Shown in pieces: positions 44,909 to 53,365 of a stretch of DNA of 53,365 nucleotides. The translations under genes and the position numbers were made by a program. The DNA comes from Minisyncoccota bacterium. GTDB lineage: Bacteria > Patescibacteriota > Minisyncoccia > Phycocordibacterales > UBA2100. The stretch covers positions 1-53,365 of the forward strand of contig DATDWX010000020.1 in NCBI GenBank assembly GCA_036517335.1. Direction: 5' to 3'. The first letter of the stretch is position 1. Every line of letters begins with the position of its first letter. The notes beneath the pieces were generated by a model. That model did no database searches and was not told the DNA's origin. It worked only from the letters and a program-made list of their open reading frames with translations.

Positions 44909-45142
44909 ATGAACGTGGTTACCATTCCCAAAAGAGCGTACGACGAGATCATCAAGCGTCAGACGCGTACCGAAGCTACCGTCAAGCATCTTGTACATGC
45001 GGTCAAGGAACTTTCGCAAGACGAGGAACTGCGGCCCGAAGTTGTCGCACGAATTGATCGTCATTCGCTAGCGATGGATGCTGGGAAAGGCAAGCGCCTC
45101 AAGACTGTAAGAGAAGTCCGGGCATACTTTCGCAGTCTATAA
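44909..45142 (+). CDS. Putative antitoxin of the RelE-like toxin
   Basis: 77 aa, ending 7 nt before the toxin gene. N-terminal VVTIPKRAYDEI. Confidence 0.4.
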   Translation: MNVVTIPKRAYDEIIKRQTRTEATVKHLVHAVKELSQDEELRPEVVARIDRHSLAMDAGKGKRLKTVREVRAYFRSL

Positions 45143-45148
45143 TCTTCG

Positions 45149-45427
45149 ATGGCCACACCTGCTCGCTACACGCTCGCAGTAGAGTCAGATGTCGAGCGTA
45201 TCTTTACATCGCTCAAGCGTAAGAATCCGGACGTATTTCGAGACGTAGAGGCCGGCATCTTAAAGATTCTCCGCAGCCCCGAGCTTGGCAAGCCTCTGCG
45301 TAACGTCTTGCGCAATCGTCGTCGTCTCCACATCGCAGGCTCGTTCGTGCTGATTTACGAGATTACAGCGAACGAAGTTCGCCTCCTCGATTTTGACCAT
45401 CACGATAAGATTTATAAAAAGCGCTAA
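45149..45427 (+). CDS. RelE/StbE-family toxin
   Basis: LRNVLRNRRRLHIAGSFVLIYEITANEVRLLDFDHHDKIY. Confidence 0.6.
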   Translation: MATPARYTLAVESDVERIFTSLKRKNPDVFRDVEAGILKILRSPELGKPLRNVLRNRRRLHIAGSFVLIYEITANEVRLLDFDHHDKIYKKR

Positions 45428-45492
45428 CCACCCTTTCCATTCCAGCCAGCGTACGCGGGGCAGTAAAATGGGGGATATGGTACAGTGCCGAC

Positions 45493-45711
45493 ATGGTAAA
45501 CATTTCCATCCCGAAATCAAAAATCACCAAAGCAGCGGGGGTAGTTATCCTTCCCATCAAAGAGTATCAGCGCCTGCTTGCCGGACGCTTTCCCGATGTG
45601 TACCTCACGGGCAAAGAGGCGGAAGATCTCGACAAACTGGTGGAAGAGGGACTGCGTGAGCATCGCGCCGGAATGACTCGTAAACTTCGCTCCTTAGCAG
45701 ATTTAGACTAA
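45493..45711 (+). CDS. Orphan antitoxin-like small protein
   Basis: 72 aa. ISIPKSKI...LPIKEYQRLL and a C-terminus resembling the 44909 product. No adjacent toxin. Confidence 0.35.
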   Translation: MVNISIPKSKITKAAGVVILPIKEYQRLLAGRFPDVYLTGKEAEDLDKLVEEGLREHRAGMTRKLRSLADLD

Positions 45712-45783
45712 CCATGCACATTTCTGAAAGAGAACAGCGTTTTGTTTTTGTATGTTGGTGATCACTCGATATATAAATAATTT

Positions 45784-46071
45784 TTACAGATGCCGGTTTT
45801 CTTGCGCGCCGTGGAAGATGCCCGTGATGATGAGTTCGGCGCGTGCGTCCGGAAGTTCGTACACGATGATGTAGGGAAGCCCCTTTACGACCCACTCAAA
45901 TGTGCCGCGCGCCTTGCCGGGGTGTCCGAGGTTAGGAAAGCGCGCGAGGTATTCTGCAACAACGAGAATACGTTCGATGACTGAATCTGCTGCAGCCGAG
46001 TTATCTTTTGCGATCCACGCATAAATCCTATCGAGGTCGCTGCGCGCTTCCTCGTCGAGGATGACTTTCAT
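45784..46071 (-). CDS. ParE-family toxin
   Basis: DLDRIYAWIAKDNSAAADSVIERI...FPNLGHPG...LPYIIVYEL...ITGIFHGAQ. Confidence 0.7.
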   Translation of the reverse strand: MKVILDEEARSDLDRIYAWIAKDNSAAADSVIERILVVAEYLARFPNLGHPGKARGTFEWVVKGLPYIIVYELPDARAELIITGIFHGAQENRHL

Positions 46072-46295
46072 GCACGACGTCGTGCGAAATATTCGCGCAC
46101 TTCTTTCAATGTCAGGAATTTCCGATTGAGATTCTTTCGCCGCCTTTCCACTTCCACAACCTGTTCATCCGAGAGCTGATACGTTGCAACACCTTGTTCC
46201 TCCATATCCATAAGTACACGAGCGGCCGCTTCCTGGCGTTCTTCCGGCCATGCACCGACACGTTTGATAACTTCCTCGAGAACTTTGCTTGTCAT
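46068..46295 (-). CDS. Putative ParD-like antitoxin
   Basis: 75 aa. Overlaps the ParE start by 4 nt. Confidence 0.45.
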   Translation of the reverse strand: MTSKVLEEVIKRVGAWPEERQEAAARVLMDMEEQGVATYQLSDEQVVEVERRRKNLNRKFLTLKEVREYFARRRA

Positions 46296-46379
46296 TTTTT
46301 CATTGTATCACATTCGCATGGATTCGGTTCAAAACCGCACCCACTTGCATTCTTTTCCAATACGATGCATAGTGCGGGG

Positions 46380-48113
46380 ATGAAAACATCCATTATTTCG
46401 GGGGTGGCTCTATTTAGCCTTTTAATAGCCCCTTTAGCTCTCGCCCAGACCTATTACCCGACATCCTACGGATGTGTGTCCGTGCCGGTCGGCATCTCGC
46501 TTGGCTCGCGCGGCAGCTCTGTACTGACGCTCCAGAACTTCCTCATTAGCCGCAACTATCCGGGTGGCGGCGCTTGGATGGCTACGAGCTACTTCGGCGC
46601 AGCCACGCAAGCGGCGGTGCGCAATTTTCAGCAGTCACAAAATCTTTTCCAGACAGGTATGGTGGATGCTACGACAGCCTCCGCGATCTCGCGCGTTTCG
46701 TGTCTACCTCTGGCCGGCCAGAGTGGTAGTGTTTTGGGCTCGGTATATACGACGCCCACGTATCCATACACGTACCCGACACCAACGCTCACGTATCCAC
46801 AATACCCCACGTACCCGAATTATTATGGTAATGCCCCGGTCATCACATCACTCTCGCAGAATACCGGCATGCCTGGCAATGTGGTAATCATCTACGGCGT
46901 CGGTTTTGACACTTGGAACAACACGGTCAATTTCGGCGGGACTATGCTCTCGAATATTTCGTCGCCAAACGGTACGTCGCTCACATTTACCGTACCCTCC
47001 ACGTACTATTCATACTCGCTTGCGGGTACTGCGGTACAACTCTCGGTCTCGGGCGGCCGTGGCACGAGCAACACACTCGGCTTCACCGTGTGGGGGACGC
47101 AGAATAATTGTGGCCTCTACGGGTATAATAACTGCGGCTGCAACAATTACTACCCCTATACCTACGGCTACAATAGCGCCGCTTCTTGTTTGCCGGCAAA
47201 CACCGCAACGCCCGTCATCAACTACCTCTCACCGACTTCTGGCCCAGTCGGCACTACGGTCACCGTTTACGGCTCCGGATTTTCTACCGCGGGCAACACG
47301 GTACACTTCGGCACAGGCATTATCACAAATCTTAATTCCCATGACGGCCGCTCTGTTTCGTTCATCGTCCCGAATACCTTGACCGGTTTCGGCAGCCAGC
47401 CCATCACTTTCTCGACGTACCAGGTGTCCGTTACAAACAACGTGGGCATCACATCGGGCAGTGTGCCCTTCACCGTGACAGGCCTTATTTCTAGCGGCGC
47501 ACCCGTCATCACGAGCGTGAATGGTCCGACCGCCCTCTCGACGGGAAGTAGCGGTCTTTGGACGGTCAACGTCAATACGGCGAGCAACACCTATCTCACG
47601 CTTTCTGTGAATTGGGGCGATCAAAATGTATACGGAGCGGCTTCCACGCAGCAAATGGCGTATGGCAGCGTACAACAAACAAACACTCTGACCCACACGT
47701 ACTACCAGAGCGGCACATACACGATCGTTTTCACCATCTCAAACAGCGCGGGTCAGAATAATAGCTTCACGACCACCGTCGTTGTTTCCGGTACGCAGGG
47801 CAATCTTGCGCTTTCTTACCTCTCACCGCAAAGCGGCCGCGCCCAGACCGTGATCGCGATCGTGGGAACGGGATTCTCGACTTCCGACAACATCGTTCGA
47901 TTCGGCGTGGGTGGCACGCAGCACGTGTCGAGTGTGGGTGGCACAACGATCTATTTTCAGGTTCCGCAGTATGTCTCACCGTGCGATGTATTAGCGGCGG
48001 GTTCTGTATGCGCACAATACCTCCAGCAGGTTTCCCCGGGCACGTATCCGATCTCGGTGTCCAATACATCGGGACAAACTTCGGGCATCCTGACCTTTAC
48101 GGTCGTGCAGTAG
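46380..48113 (+). CDS. Secreted wall protein: PG_binding_1 domain plus IPT/TIG and PKD-like repeats
   Basis: Signal MKTSIISGVALFSLLIAPLALA. GSRGSSVLTLQNFL...AATQAAVRNFQ. IPT-like PVITSLSQNTGMPGNVVIIYGVGF, PVINYLSPTSGPVGTTVTVYGSGF and LSYLSPQSGRAQTVIAIVGTGF. WGD...THTYYQSGTYT. Confidence 0.7.
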   Translation: MKTSIISGVALFSLLIAPLALAQTYYPTSYGCVSVPVGISLGSRGSSVLTLQNFLISRNYPGGGAWMATSYFGAATQAAVRNFQQSQNLFQTGMVDATTASAISRVSCLPLAGQSGSVLGSVYTTPTYPYTYPTPTLTYPQYPTYPNYYGNAPVITSLSQNTGMPGNVVIIYGVGFDTWNNTVNFGGTMLSNISSPNGTSLTFTVPSTYYSYSLAGTAVQLSVSGGRGTSNTLGFTVWGTQNNCGLYGYNNCGCNNYYPYTYGYNSAASCLPANTATPVINYLSPTSGPVGTTVTVYGSGFSTAGNTVHFGTGIITNLNSHDGRSVSFIVPNTLTGFGSQPITFSTYQVSVTNNVGITSGSVPFTVTGLISSGAPVITSVNGPTALSTGSSGLWTVNVNTASNTYLTLSVNWGDQNVYGAASTQQMAYGSVQQTNTLTHTYYQSGTYTIVFTISNSAGQNNSFTTTVVVSGTQGNLALSYLSPQSGRAQTVIAIVGTGFSTSDNIVRFGVGGTQHVSSVGGTTIYFQVPQYVSPCDVLAAGSVCAQYLQQVSPGTYPISVSNTSGQTSGILTFTVVQ

Positions 48114-48171
48114 CAGCCGCGCACGCCGCCCGCGTTCATAAATAACCGCGCAAAAATGCTACGATTGACGG

Positions 48172-48813
48172 GTGCGACGCTTGTTCAGGTGGTTGCTTCT
48201 ATCGCTTTTGTGTGCGCTCACGGTTTTTCTTGTTGTCCCACTCTTGATGCGGACATCGGTGTCGGGCAATTTGTATGATGCTGCCGATCTGGCGCCGCAA
48301 ACCGATGTCGCCATCGTTCTTGGGGCATCCGTCGCGCGCGGCGTGCCGTCGCCCGTGCTCGCCGCTCGCGCGCAAGAAGCAGTCGATTTATATCTGAAGG
48401 GAAGAGTACGAAAGATTTTGGTCACTGGAGACAGTGCTGCGCTCTCGCATGACGAAGTGACGCCAGTGCGAAAATACCTGATCACGTCGGGTGTCTTGGC
48501 AGAGGATATTTTTCTCGATCACGCCGGACTCGACACCTATAGCAGTATGTACCGGGCGCGCGCTGTCTTTGGAGCGACGAGCGCGACCATCGTGACGCAA
48601 AATTTCCATCTGCCGCGTGCGCTCTTTATTGCACGGGCGCTCGGCATTGATGCCGTCGGCGTCGTAGCCTCCGGTGGCACCAATTTTAATGACTATCTAC
48701 GAGAAATTCCGGCTTCATGGAAAGCACTTCTCGACCTGCTCACCAGGCGTCAACCTCAGTATCTCGGTGAGTCCATCCCACTCTCGGGAGACGGCCAGGC
48801 GACGTGGTATTAG
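48172..48813 (+). CDS. sanA: SanA/YdcF/ElyC (DUF218) family envelope protein
   Basis: N-terminal TM, then DVAIVLGASV, KILVTGD, DTYSSMYRA, VTQNFHLPRALFIA. Confidence 0.6.
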   Translation: MRRLFRWLLLSLLCALTVFLVVPLLMRTSVSGNLYDAADLAPQTDVAIVLGASVARGVPSPVLAARAQEAVDLYLKGRVRKILVTGDSAALSHDEVTPVRKYLITSGVLAEDIFLDHAGLDTYSSMYRARAVFGATSATIVTQNFHLPRALFIARALGIDAVGVVASGGTNFNDYLREIPASWKALLDLLTRRQPQYLGESIPLSGDGQATWY

Positions 48814-48915
48814 TGGGGATACTCACCGGTTTATCCCCAGCGTGCTGTGGGGACGCCTGTTTTCGAAAGGTGAATGGTGTTAGCATTGGTTCGTTCAGAA
48901 CACAGGTTTTATTTT

Positions 48916-49437
48916 ATGATAAAGCAACTCACCTCCGCCGCAGCCGCACTTATCTTGTTGACGTCGCCCGTTCTCGCCCTTGCTGCAGTCCAAACAACCC
49001 CCACCGCATGCCCAGTACTCGCACGCACTCTCGCGCGCGGCGCGAGGGGAGCCGATGTTTCCGCACTCCAAACGTTCCTGATAGCGCAAGGACTCCTTGC
49101 CAGCGGTTCTGCTACGGGATTCTTCGGCGCTCTCACACAGGGAGCAGTACAAAAGTTCCAAGCTTCACAGAATATCGTCTCCTCGGGCACTCCCGCCTCG
49201 ACCGGCTACGGCTCGGTAGGCAAAAAGACTCGCGCAGCCATCGGATTGGCCTGCACGCACACCAATTATTCCACCAACACTGCCTCGAGTTCTGCACCAA
49301 AAGCCGCTCCTCCCTCGTCGCTCCAACCAAACTGTCCTCTCGTCGCACTCCCCATCGGCAAGTCATGCACCGGCTCGTGGAAAGAAGTGAAAGACACCAA
49401 GGGCTGCACCGCTTCGTGGCAATGCGCTGCTAAATAA
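48916..49437 (+). CDS. Secreted peptidoglycan-binding (PG_binding_1) protein
   Basis: Signal peptide present. GARGADVSALQTFLIAQGLL...GFFGALTQGAVQKFQ. Confidence 0.65.
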   Translation: MIKQLTSAAAALILLTSPVLALAAVQTTPTACPVLARTLARGARGADVSALQTFLIAQGLLASGSATGFFGALTQGAVQKFQASQNIVSSGTPASTGYGSVGKKTRAAIGLACTHTNYSTNTASSSAPKAAPPSSLQPNCPLVALPIGKSCTGSWKEVKDTKGCTASWQCAAK

Positions 49438-49439
49438 TT

Positions 49440-52400
49440 ATGAATACACTACAACGTACCAAACGATTCCAGCTACTCATCCTCCTCATTGCAGCCATCT
49501 GTTCGCTTGTCGTTTTTAGTCCAACTAAATCGTCCGCTGCGTGTGGGACTTTGGCGAGCGGTGCCTCACTCACTCCCGGGCAATCCATCGCTTCTTGCAA
49601 CGCTAAATACACCCTTGCTTTCCAAACCGACGGCAACGTCGTGCTCTATGTAGGAAAAGTATTCACCCCAGAGTACGCGCTCTGGAGCACCAAGACAGAT
49701 GGCAAAACAGCAACCCTGCTTGCCATGCAAACCGACGGCAACCTCGTCCTCTACAACGGCTCGACCGCGCTATGGGCATCTGCTTCAAACGGCGGTACAT
49801 ACGGCAAATCCGGCTATCTCGCCGTGCAAGATGATGGCAACCTCGTCGTCTATGCGACTTCTGACGCCTCTGTTTTGTGGGCATCAAACACGATGCAAAA
49901 ACCGACTGAGCTCATAGACTCGGTCGCGAATGGCTACACATGGGGATACGCGCCAAGCATCATCAAGGTGGATAACACGTGGCACATGTATTATTGCAGT
50001 ACGGGGAATCCTGGGTGGGACGATGTACGCCACGCCACATCGCAGGATGGCACAAAATGGTCAGTTCCCGACAGAATTCTGTATACATCCGATATGATCA
50101 ACGAGCGCGCCTCGTGTGATCCGTCAGTCGTCTATTACGATGCGGGGGATGGGCCGTATTACTATTTGTTTTACTCGGGAAATCAAAAGGACGTGCAGAC
50201 GGTGAACTTGGTTGCTCGTTCTCAATATCCTGTCGGACCATTCTCGAAATTCACCACGCGAGGCACGTGGGAAATAAATCCGCCGGACCCGAAGGTCATT
50301 CTTTCGCCTGTGCATCTTGTTCCCGACCCGGCAGATAATGATTTTATCAACCCCATTTCATACGGTCTCGGCCAGCCTTCAGTGGTCGTGCATGACGGTG
50401 TATTGTACCAATGGTTTACTGACTCAACACGACAGTATCCAAGTGTGCCATGGGGTAACGATATTTATTTTGCCACCTCTACCGATCCGACCGTATGGTC
50501 CACGCGCACGCAGACGAATGTTGTCGGCGCTTCGGTGGATGTGAAGTATGACTCGCTTTCACAACAGTTTGTTATGTTTGGCGTGGGTTACACTGAAAGC
50601 ACCGGCGATTCGATCTTGGCTATACGAACGTCCAGCGATGGCATCACGTGGTCTGATCCAACGACTATTTTGTATGGTGCAGAGATGGCGCTTTTTTCAC
50701 ACAACCCCGGCGTCAGCGGCTCGCGCAAGGGAGAATTGATGCGCGACTTCGTTCTTGCGGCATATGGCGCTCCATACAATCTTAGGAATTATAATAACTG
50801 GGCGCAGTGGGACCTCTACGGGCAAACGATCAGCACCCTGGTTCGTGCCGCTCTTGCCTCCACAGTTACAACCCCAACACCACTCCCACTCCCCACCGGC
50901 GCTCCCACCCTCACACTCACTGCCAATGGAGTCACTAACCCCACCGTCGCCGAAGGCGATTCACACACGCTGGAGTGGTACAGTACCGATGTCTCATCTT
51001 GTACGCTCTCCTACACGCTGCCAGGCGTAATCACCGTAGGAACTATCTCACTAATACCAAATGCAGCAGGGAGCGGGACAGCGCAGGTCGGCGGTACTCG
51101 GACTATCAGTTGCCTCGGCACCGACGGCACGACTATCACAAAGACCGTAACAATCACGGTAACCCCCCCCATCCCCACCGCAACTTCAAACTATCCCCGC
51201 GGCTACATCGAATCCTCAACCTACGCGACTATCACCGGCTGGGCACAGGACAAAGACATTCCCGACTCACCAATTTACGTCCACTTCTATATCGACAAGC
51301 CGCCCACCGCTACCGACTTCTCTGGCTACGCGGGAATGGTGAGTGCCAAAGACTCCCGAGCCGATCTGTGTAACGAAATCGGCTCCTGCAACCACGCTTT
51401 CTTATTTACTGTTCCTGCAAAATTCAAAGACGGCCTAGCGCACACAGTCTATGCATACGGCATCGATGAAGATGGAGTCGGCGCTCACAATCTCGCGCTC
51501 ACACCATATTCAAGCGCCTCGAACACCTTCCAGTACCTCGCTGCTACCACGACCACATCCACCGCCACCCTCACCGCAATGAAGCAGTCCGTAGTCTTGG
51601 GCGAGACCGCCATCCTCGTATGGGAATCCACCAACACCTCATCGTGCACTGGAACCAACTTCTATACGGGAGGAAAGAGGTACGGGTTGGCGGGCCCCTA
51701 TCCGATAGCCACTACCACCTACTCCATCACCTGTGCTGGGAACGACGACACCTCGCCTACAGCAAGCGTGACCGTGGGGGTCGGCGCCGCAACCTCCAAC
51801 ATATTTTATCCCCGCGGCTACATCGAATCCTCAAACTACGCGACTATCACTGGCTGGGCGCAGGACCAAGACATCCCCGACTCACCAATTTACGTCCATA
51901 TTTACATCGACAAGCCACCCACCGCCACCGACTTCTCTGGCTATGTGGGAATGGTGAGTGCCAAAGACTACCGCAGCGATCTGTGTACTAACATCGGCTC
52001 CTGTAGTCATGGATACTCGTTCACTCTGCCGACCACATTCAAAGACGGCAAAACACACACTGTCTATGTCTACGGTATTGATGAAGACGGTATCGGCGCT
52101 CACAATATCGCGCTCACACCATATTCAAGCACCTCGAACACATTCAAATACCTCGCTCCCACCGGCGCCCCCACCATCACCTCCATCTCACCCTCCTCCG
52201 GCTCCGGCAGCGTCCCCATCACCATTACGGGTACGGGCTTCAACGCCACCCAGAACCTCGTCTTCCTAGGAGGAATCGGCGGCCTGTGCGGCCTCTCGTA
52301 CCTCACCTCGACCGCAAGCGGCACCAGTATCGCCTGCACGCTCGGCCTCGGTCGCTGGTCAACAGGCACCTACTCGCTCACTGTCAAGAACGTGACGACC

Positions 52401-53365
52401 GGCCTTACCTCTACCGGAGTGAACTTCACTGTCAACTCGTCGGAAGCCCTCTCGCCGGAAGTTCTCTCGATTACCACTGTCTCTCCGACCTCCGGCATCG
52501 CTGGCAGCACTCTAACCCTCACCGGAACCGGCTTCGACGCCAATACCTCCGTCCGCTTCAGCGGCACCTCTGGCGCGTACGCCACCGTCTCTTCGTACAC
52601 CTCGACATCCATTGTCGCGACTGTCCCCACGCTTGCTCCTGGATCATACAGCGTCTACGCAAGCAACGCCTCCGGCAATTCCGCTTCCCTCACGTACAGC
52701 ATCACCGCCTCCACCGGCGCCCCCACCATCACCTCCATCTCACCCTCCTCCGGCTCCGGCAGCGTCCCCATCACCATTACTGGCACGGGCTTCAACGCCA
52801 CCCAGAACCTCGTCTTCCTAGGAGGAATCGGCGGCCTGTGCGGCCTCTCGTACCTCACCTCGACCGCAAGCGGCACCAGTATCGCCTGCACGCTCGGCCT
52901 CGGCGGCTGGTCAACAGGCACCTACTCGCTCACCGTCAAGAACGTGACGACCGGCCTTACCTCCACCGGAGTGAACTTCACTGTTAGCGCGCCGAGAGTC
53001 CTCTCGATTACCACTGTCTCTCCGACCTCCATCGCCCCCACGGGCATCCTCACTATCACGGGCACCAACTTCGACACGACGAGCACCAACGTAGTCAGGA
53101 TCTCGGGCCCCCAGGGCGTCAACGTGACCGTCGCTTCGACCAACGGCACCACTCTCTTGGTTACTGTCCCCACGCTCCTTTCCGGCACGTACTCGGTGAG
53201 CGTTTCCAACGCCGCTGGCAGCATCGCCTACGCGCCCAGCTCCATCACCATTACCGCAAGCACCGCCTCCGGCGCCCCCACCATCACCTCCATCTCACCC
53301 TCCTCCGGCTCCGGTAGCGTGCCGATCGTAATCACGGGCACGGGCTTCAACGCCACCCAGAACCT
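49440..53365 (+). CDS. Giant secreted lectin / propeller / Ig-IPT repeat protein, 3' end beyond the window (>=1308 aa); not in the ORF track
   Basis: Hand translation found no stop in the phase of ATG 49440. Signal MNTLQRTKRFQLLILLIAAICSLVVF. Three QxDxNxVxY motifs (QTDGNVVLY, QTDGNLVLY, QDDGNLVVY). Asp-box-like SQDGTKWS and SSDGITWS. Duplicated YPRGYIESS modules. Repeated PTITSISPSSGSGSVPITITGTGF units. Confidence 0.8.
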   Translation, partial: MNTLQRTKRFQLLILLIAAICSLVVFSPTKSSAACGTLASGASLTPGQSIASCNAKYTLAFQTDGNVVLYVGKVFTPEYALWSTKTDGKTATLLAMQTDGNLVLYNGSTALWASASNGGTYGKSGYLAVQDDGNLVVYATSDASVLWASNTMQKPTELIDSVANGYTWGYAPSIIKVDNTWHMYYCSTGNPGWDDVRHATSQDGTKWSVPDRILYTSDMINERASCDPSVVYYDAGDGPYYYLFYSGNQKDVQTVNLVARSQYPVGPFSKFTTRGTWEINPPDPKVILSPVHLVPDPADNDFINPISYGLGQPSVVVHDGVLYQWFTDSTRQYPSVPWGNDIYFATSTDPTVWSTRTQTNVVGASVDVKYDSLSQQFVMFGVGYTESTGDSILAIRTSSDGITWSDPTTILYGAEMALFSHNPGVSGSRKGELMRDFVLAAYGAPYNLRNYNNWAQWDLYGQTISTLVRAALASTVTTPTPLPLPTGAPTLTLTANGVTNPTVAEGDSHTLEWYSTDVSSCTLSYTLPGVITVGTISLIPNAAGSGTAQVGGTRTISCLGTDGTTITKTVTITVTPPIPTATSNYPRGYIESSTYATITGWAQDKDIPDSPIYVHFYIDKPPTATDFSGYAGMVSAKDSRADLCNEIGSCNHAFLFTVPAKFKDGLAHTVYAYGIDEDGVGAHNLALTPYSSASNTFQYLAATTTTSTATLTAMKQSVVLGETAILVWESTNTSSCTGTNFYTGGKRYGLAGPYPIATTTYSITCAGNDDTSPTASVTVGVGAATSNIFYPRGYIESSNYATITGWAQDQDIPDSPIYVHIYIDKPPTATDFSGYVGMVSAKDYRSDLCTNIGSCSHGYSFTLPTTFKDGKTHTVYVYGIDEDGIGAHNIALTPYSSTSNTFKYLAPTGAPTITSISPSSGSGSVPITITGTGFNATQNLVFLGGIGGLCGLSYLTSTASGTSIACTLGLGRWSTGTYSLTVKNVTTGLTSTGVNFTVNSSEALSPEVLSITTVSPTSGIAGSTLTLTGTGFDANTSVRFSGTSGAYATVSSYTSTSIVATVPTLAPGSYSVYASNASGNSASLTYSITASTGAPTITSISPSSGSGSVPITITGTGFNATQNLVFLGGIGGLCGLSYLTSTASGTSIACTLGLGGWSTGTYSLTVKNVTTGLTSTGVNFTVSAPRVLSITTVSPTSIAPTGILTITGTNFDTTSTNVVRISGPQGVNVTVASTNGTTLLVTVPTLLSGTYSVSVSNAAGSIAYAPSSITITASTASGAPTITSISPSSGSGSVPIVITGTGFNATQN
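51192..51543 (+). repeat. Intragenic repeat, YPRGY-module core, copy 1 (approximate ends)
   Basis: TATCCCCGCGGCTACATCGAATCC... recurs 615 nt downstream with scattered substitutions. Confidence 0.8.
51807..52157 (+). repeat. Intragenic repeat, YPRGY-module core, copy 2 (approximate ends)
   Basis: Same module, encoding YPRGYIESSNYATITGWAQDQDIPDSPIYVHIYIDKPPTATDFSGY... Confidence 0.8.
52161..52712 (+). repeat. Intragenic tandem repeat, double-IPT unit 1 (552 nt)
   Basis: The first 272 nt differ at 7 positions (hand alignment) from 52713-52984. The second half is more divergent. Confidence 0.85.
52713..53267 (+). repeat. Intragenic tandem repeat, double-IPT unit 2 (555 nt)
   Basis: See unit 1. 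Confidence 0.85.
53268..53365 (+). repeat. Intragenic tandem repeat, unit 3 (truncated by the window end)
   Basis: TCCGGCGCCCCCACCATCACCTCCATCTCACCCTCCTCCGGCTCCGG... begins again. Confidence 0.8.

Noticed and set aside
51000-53365. A CRISPR-like or non-coding repeat array at the window end.
   Set aside because: The repeats are 552-615 nt long, in frame, and translate into coherent Ig/IPT-like domains. The listed ORFs here (e.g. 52286..52987+, 52100..52369-, 52655..52921-) are off-frame or antisense artefacts of the repeats.

Overview
Gene-dense 53.4-kb bacterial window with very patchy base composition. Hand counts on single 60-nt lines give ~32% G+C at 0.66, 18.8 and 30.8 kb, versus ~58-63% at 6.5 and 8.3 kb. 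The gene content suggests a small-genome uncultivated bacterium, possibly CPR/Patescibacteria-like (inference, low confidence): many tiny membrane or orphan proteins, UPF0213-type GIY-YIG genes, peptidoglycan-binding and IPT-repeat wall proteins, many toxin-antitoxin pairs, and few metabolic operons. Left to right, 0-20 kb: type III R-M (mod, res); two micro-ORFs; a HicB/HicA-like pair; a high-G+C islet of orphan small proteins (5.85-8.7 kb); a P-type cation ATPase flanked by a 28-nt direct repeat; a trehalose locus (sensor-fused otsA, otsB, convergent GH63-like hydrolase); a zincin-like peptidase; a ~440-nt unassigned structured spacer; an ABC-F ATPase; a GIY-YIG nuclease; an AT-rich ORF flanked by inverted repeats, plus a minimal nucleotidyltransferase. 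20-32 kb: an XRE regulator with tandem palindromic operators and a 4-TM partner; a second high-G+C islet (winged-helix and MarR regulators); a GH5-SH3 glycanase; membrane and DUF proteins; a TMEM175-type channel; an M23 peptidase; an AT-rich HARE-HTH/PD-(D/E)xK (COG2958-like) gene with a TGA-interrupted partner. 32-53 kb: cyclophilin, YgjP-type peptidase, PRTase, fatty-acid-hydroxylase-like protein, pseudouridine synthase, BaiN-type flavoprotein, Obg, HigBA-like pair, DEAD-box helicase, MFS exporter, PKD protein, RelE and ParDE modules, and a wall-protein cluster. That cluster ends in a giant lectin/propeller/IPT ORF (>1308 aa, 3'-truncated) that is missing from the supplied ORF track. I saw no rRNA, tRNA, CRISPR array, transposase or integrase. 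Product calls rest on motifs readable in the translations. Coordinates of non-ORF features were counted by hand (expect +/-2 nt).
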